Below are positions 57,233-64,000 of a stretch of DNA of 64,000 nucleotides, in pieces. The position numbers and the translations under genes were made by a program. Where the stretch lies: positions 3,472,001 through 3,536,000 of the forward strand of contig OX597833.1 of NCBI GenBank assembly GCA_951406725.2, given 5' to 3'. Position 1 is the stretch's first letter; every line of letters begins with the position of its first letter. The notes under the pieces are model-generated. The model saw only the letters and a program-made list of their open reading frames with translations, did no database searches and was not told the origin of the DNA. The stretch is from Octopus vulgaris. Taxonomy: Eukaryota.

Positions 57233-57854
57233 AATGTATGTACATATTTAAATAAATGTATGCGTGTTTATATTTTGTGTGTGTGCGCATGTGTATATGT
57301 GTGTGTGTGTGTGGACGCAAGTGTGTGTGTATGTATGTATATTACATATACATATACATATATATATATATATATATATGATGATGATGATGATGATATA
57401 TATATATATATATATATAGACTTCAAAATGTAGTCTCTTATCTAAACTTTAAACATAACCTCTGTGTGTGTGTGTGTGTGTGCGTCTGTATATGTATGTA
57501 TATGTATATATATATATATGTATGTATGCATGCATCAATGTATATATATATATATATATGTGTGTGTATGTGTGTATCTATATGTATGTGTATATGTATT
57601 TATATGTATGTATGTATGTATGTATGTATGCTTGTGTGTATGTATGTGTATGCTTGTATGTATATATATGTGTGTGTATGTATATGTATGTTTATATGCG
57701 TGTGTGTGTGTGAGTGCATCTGTGTGTATGGGGAGAGAGAATACATTATGTATTTATTAAGGGTTAATCTTTCTTATTTCATTAGCAACAATCAGGAATT
57801 ACAATTAAGATAGATTAAACATTTTTAATTACTTATTGTAGGCTGTTTCTTACT

Positions 57855-58540
<686 letters not shown>

Positions 58541-58772
58541 TAATGGCTCGTTGGATTTGTTGGAAGATGTCCCTAGCACTGTACACAAAAGGCTTTGCAG
58601 CATCTAGTTATGGCCCTTTTACAATATGAGTTCAAATCCTGGAGGGGTCAGCTCCGTTTTGCAGTCCTTCAAAGACCTACAAAACAATGAACCAATCAAG
58701 TATTGGAATCAATGAGACCAAATGTATTGATTTTGACAGTCTTATCAATGCTTTCACACACACACACACATA

Positions 58773-58816
<44 letters not shown>

Positions 58817-59989
58817 CATACAAACACACACACACACGCATAGACATATACACACACACACACGCATAGACACACACACATAGACATACACACACACATA
58901 CACACACACGCATACAAACACACACACACATAGACATATATACACACACACAAACGCATGCAAACACACACACACACACGCATAGACATACACACACACA
59001 CACACATGCACACACACACAAACGCATACAAACACACACCACACACACATAGACATATACACACACACACAAATGCATGCAAACACACACACACCCACAT
59101 ACACACACATGCACGTATGTACACATACATTTTGCCAAGCATGAATGTTAGTGTGGAAATGGAATCAGCTTTGCCAACATTACAACTGATGGGCACAAAA
59201 ATATTTTAGTCATGGATAAAATCCAGCCGGAGAAGGAAGCTTGGCAACAGTGTGTCACAAAAGTGTGTACCTCTTTGCTTGAGAAGTTTACCTAGGAACA
59301 AGCAGAGAAAGCTCACATACTTCTGCTTCTCAAAAAGCAGAGGGGCATTTATTCAATTTTTCCTGAAAAGGGCAGCTTAGGGAAGCCCTGAACAATGTGT
59401 TGAGTACTGTGTTATTGTCCATTGACTGGGGCAAGGCTTATGAAGTGTCTGTCTGATCTTCAAGAGTAACTTTGCAAAACACCATTTGAATATTTATGGA
59501 TATGTTTGCAAGTTGAAGGTAAATGAAAGTTTTTTTCTTCGTTAGAAAATAGGAGATTTTTGAACATTTTTATATTTTATTTCATAATGAAATAAACAAA
59601 ACAGATTGCTTTCTGAAAATGTTGTTATCTCTTGGGATATTTATTTTCTTTTCTTTTCCTTTTCTTTTTTTGCTTATAAGCATGGTGACTTATGCAGATA
59701 ACAAAGATTTACCTTCAAGGAAAAGTAAAAACAATGTATCAATACTGACATACAACCACGACTTAATCTGCAGTTGTGAGTGTGTATTATTTGATTTGAA
59801 AACTAATTACATCAAGATTTTATCATGATGCTGCTAGAATGAAGTTATTATGAAGAAAATCAGTTTCAGTTAAAGCATTTTCAACGAATTTATTCATACA
59901 ACTTCTCACCACAAAAAAGTTGTGCTTATTGGAAGGGAGTGTGAAAGCAAATAAGAAAGCAAAAGTCTGACATAATTAACAGGCTTCCA

Positions 59990-60800
59990 GAACCTTAGTT
60001 TTCCTGAACTCCATGGATTTTCTTGAGCACTGTTTATCATTTGTCATCCCAAGCATTTATCATCTCTTCCATTAGCTCCAAAGTCCTGAGAACTTTTTCG
60101 TTTTACACCTTCCTGAATCTCCTATCTCAAGTGCCATCCATTCTAAGCAATCAGTACCTCTTTATCCTCAGACATACACATCACTTGGCCATACCAGCAC
60201 AGCTTTCTCTCTCACATAGTTTATCTAATGCCTCTTATGTGCAATTTTTCTCTTAACATATTTATATTTTATTGTTCATGCACACATATGCTGCACATCC
60301 ATACAAGCTTCATTCCTTTCAAACCTCTGTATGCCCTCGGCATACAGGACCCATTGTCTCATTAACATGTAGTATTGCTGTTTGTATACAAGCATTATAC
60401 AATCTGCCTTTCTCTTTGAGAGAAGAACATTTTGTTACCATCAAAGGTAAGAGCTCTCTGAACTTTCTCCATCCTGTTATTATTCTAGCAACTTTCCTTT
60501 CAGTTCATCCTCCCACACTGCTAATTAGACCAGCAGGGTAACACAAACCAAACGGTGTACAATCTCTTGGAAACTTTTTGGACATTCAAGAAAACCTGTT
60601 TTTCTTGCACCCTTATTATTCATTGCCACATACAAAGTCTACTTCCTCTATAATTCTTCTCTGTATTCCACTTCACTTCTGGTCTGTCCATAGCTTGCTC
60701 ATTGGGTACCCCATATGGAATACCTACCCACTCTCTTTCCTATATACTAAAACATTGGTCTTTGCAAAGTTAACTCGGAGTCCATTTGATTCCAGGTTTT
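59990..60800 (-). mobile_element. Decayed RTE-clade LINE reverse-transcriptase fragment
   Basis: Minus strand LESNGLRVNFAKTNVL and SLKEKGRLYNACIQTAILH match RTE RT/thumb-region motifs; not a continuous ORF. Confidence 0.75.
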
Positions 60801-61026
60801 ACTTATGCATATATGTAAGTAACTATGTATGCAAATATATGCACACATGTTTGTGTGTGTGTGTGTATGTGTGCATATTGTGATATAAGCTCTTTCTGTA
60901 TACAAACCACATACACATTCCCCTACCACAATACTTACACACAATACATATACATACCTACATACAAAAATATATACATATATACACTCATAAAACCAGG
61001 TGTATGGATGCTATTATATAATGTCT

Positions 61027-61066
<40 letters not shown>

Positions 61067-61162
61067 ATCTCTCTCTCTCTATCCCTACACACACACATAC
61101 ATACCTACATGCATGCCATTATATAAATAATCTCTCATTGTACATACACATATCCACACGTG

Positions 61163-61206
<44 letters not shown>

Positions 61207-61485
61207 CCATTCACCTTTTCCAAACTGTGTTCTGTTGCCAAAATATATTCAATATTTCCCTTTGATGATGCCTCATTATAAACCATACACACACACATAC
61301 ACACACACACACATACACCACACACATACACACACATACCCTTTCTTTCTCTCACTCACTCTTTCACTTTGTCTTTCTTTCTCCTTAAGTCTATCTACCT
61401 CTTCAAACACTCTATACATAGATACATACATACATACATATATATATATATATACATACATACATACATATATATATATACATAT

Positions 61486-61591
<106 letters not shown>

Positions 61592-61623
61592 TATATATTG
61601 TTGCATGCATATATATAAACATG

Positions 61624-61657
<34 letters not shown>

Positions 61658-61825
61658 ATCTTCTCTATGTGTCTCTCTATCTCTCTCTCTCTCTCTTTCT
61701 CTTCCATTTTCCCTTCACCACCACCACCACCACCACCACCACCCTGCAGCTGCAGGGCAGAAACAAAAACAAAAACAAAAACAATGAAATGAAAAAACAT
61801 ACAAACAAAATGATAAACAAAGACA

Positions 61826-61863
<38 letters not shown>

Positions 61864-62309
61864 AACAAAATGAAAAACCAATCAATAAGAAAATCAAAAA
61901 TCAATGAAGCATGAATTAAACATCACATGATTTTTATTTACTTTTTTATTTCTAATCTCCATTTCTTCATACATATTTGTTCCTTTTTATTTTTATTTCA
62001 TTTTATTCCATTTTATTTCATTTTATTTTATTTTATTTTATTTATTATATTTTCACTATATTATTTCTCTTTCTTATTTTAATGTCTGAGCTATCCATTA
62101 TGGAGTGGCTTCAGCAATCCACCCATGCCTTCCACTCACCACCATTACTGGCCAGCGGACATTCCATTTATTTATTTATTCATTTTGGTTGTTCATTATG
62201 TCTATTGGTAGAACTGGTGCACATATCCGTGTTACACACCAGTCATAATTCGGTCACGATTCCGCTCATGAAAACAGCTGCATTCCTTTTAAAATAATGC
62301 AAAATTATT

Positions 62310-63095
62310 CCAGACACACCAAGTTACAACCCAGATGACACCAGTTACATCTCTGTCACAATGCAGACCACTTCATTTACACTCACTCACACCAAGTTTC
62401 ATTTCAGTAACTACATAACCACTCCAGTTACATCTCTGTTACAACCCACTTCACTCCAGTTACACCCAGTCACACCAACTTGCATCTCTGTTACAACCCA
62501 GACACTCTAGTTGCATCACTGCTACAATCCAGACAACTCCAGTTACATCCCAGTCTGGCCAAGTTACATCACTCTCACAACCCAAATCACTTCAGTTACA
62601 ACCTAATTACAACCTCGACTGCTTCAGTTACACACCAGTCACAATAAGAATCCAGACCACACAAGTTACATCTCAATCACAACAAAAATTATTCAGTCAC
62701 AACATAGACCACTCCAGTTACATCCCAGTTACAACAGAGACCACTCTAATAACATTTTAGTCACCCCAAGTTACACCCAATCACATGATTACACCTATTT
62801 CCAGTTACACCTCAGTCACTACCCAGACAACACAAGTTACATCCTAGTCACAACATAGACCACTCTGGTTACATCTTAGTCACTCCAAGTTACACCCAAC
62901 CACACAGTTACACCGGCTGGTCTTGTTACATCCTAATCACAACACAGACCACTCCTGTTACATCCCAGTTGCAACCTAGAACACTCTCATTCCAATTCAT
63001 TCATAACCTAAACCAGCTAGATTCCAGTCTCTCCATGTCACAATAAGTGATGCACCAGTTACATTTCAGTCACACTCTAGTTACATTCCAGTCAC
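62310..63095. repeat. Degenerate CCAGTTACA-based minisatellite
   Basis: Dozens of ccagttacac/cagtcaca/agaccactc motifs. Confidence 0.75.
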
Positions 63096-64000
63096 TATCT
63101 TGGAGAGATGGTAGTGATGGAGGAGGGTGGGAGGATGGCTGCGATGGTGATGGTGGTAATAATCATTGGGGTGGTTGTGATAGTGGTGGTGAAATAATGG
63201 CTGTGGTGATGGTGACGGCAATGTCAGTGGGGGTGGTCAGGGTCATGATAATGTTGGTCGTCATGGTAGTGGTGATGGTAATAAAAGTGTGGTGTAGGTG
63301 GCTATTGGGGGGACGTGATGGTGGCCATGGTGTTGGCAGTGGTGGTGGTGGTGGTGGTGGTGGCAGTGGTGGTGGTGGTGGTGGTGGTGGTGGTGATGGT
63401 GGTGGTGGTGGTGGTGGTGGTGGTGGTGGTGGCTGTGATGGTGGTTGTGGTGGTTATGGTGGTGGTGATAGTGATAGTGGTTTTGGTTGTGATGGTGATG
63501 GTGGTGATGGTGGTTTTGGTTGTGGTGGTAATGGTGGGGTGGTGGTCATGATGATGGTGGCAGTGGTGGGGTTGGTCTTGATGGTGGGGATAGTGTTAAC
63601 AGTAGTGACAGTGATGGTAGTGGTGATGGTGGTGGTGGTGGTGGTGGTGGTAATGGTGGCCATGATGGTAGCAATAGTGTTGGTACTAATGATGGTGGTG
63701 GTGATGATGATGATGGTGGTGGCCATGATGGTAGTGGTGGTGTTGGCAGTGGTGGTGCTGATGGCGGTGATAGAGGTGGTGGTGGTGATGGTGTGGGTGG
63801 TGGGTGAGGGTGGCAGTGGTGGGGGAGAGGTGACTTTGATGGTGGCGATAGTGTTAATAGTAGTGACAGTGATGGTGGTATGGTGGTTGTGGTGGTGGTG
63901 GTGGTGGTGGTGGTGGTGGTGGTTTTGGTGGTGTTGGTGGTAATGGAGGCTGTGATGGTGGCAATGGTGATCGTGGTGGTTGTGGTGGTGGTGATAGTGA

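Noticed and set aside
57748-57785. YLLRVNLSYF, resembling the SLC17 TM1 motif YxxRVNLS
   Set aside because: It lies downstream of the TM6 exon (wrong order), is preceded by microsatellite instead of a TM helix, and has no splice sites; treated as coincidence.

Overview
Eukaryotic, extremely microsatellite-rich genomic DNA. The SINE repertoire and simple-repeat load suggest an octopus (genus Octopus); that assignment is inferred from recalled repeat families, not from a search. Almost all ORF-track entries are translations of simple repeats. The one well-supported gene is an SLC17/sialin-like (SLC17A5-like) MFS anion transporter on the + strand. Five GT-AG exons (29570-29660, 47536-47681, 49964-50051, 51725-51814, 55512-55645) splice in phase to 183 codons. 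The TM1 exon was not found, the C-terminal half lies beyond the window, and a possible ATG-bearing exon sits at 6090-6246. The introns and upstream DNA contain four SINE-like families, a non-autonomous Helitron, two hAT MITEs, a piggyBac-like MITE, a solo LTR and RTE LINE relics. The most notable observations are: (i) several minimal Penelope-type hammerhead ribozyme motifs with palindromic helix III, two of them on the gene's strand, plus a family with a non-canonical CUGU core; (ii) a 159-bp, 94%-identical inverted repeat bracketing a 91-nt coding exon; (iii) long, perfect intronic palindromes. I cannot show that any of these is a previously undescribed system; they are testable candidates.
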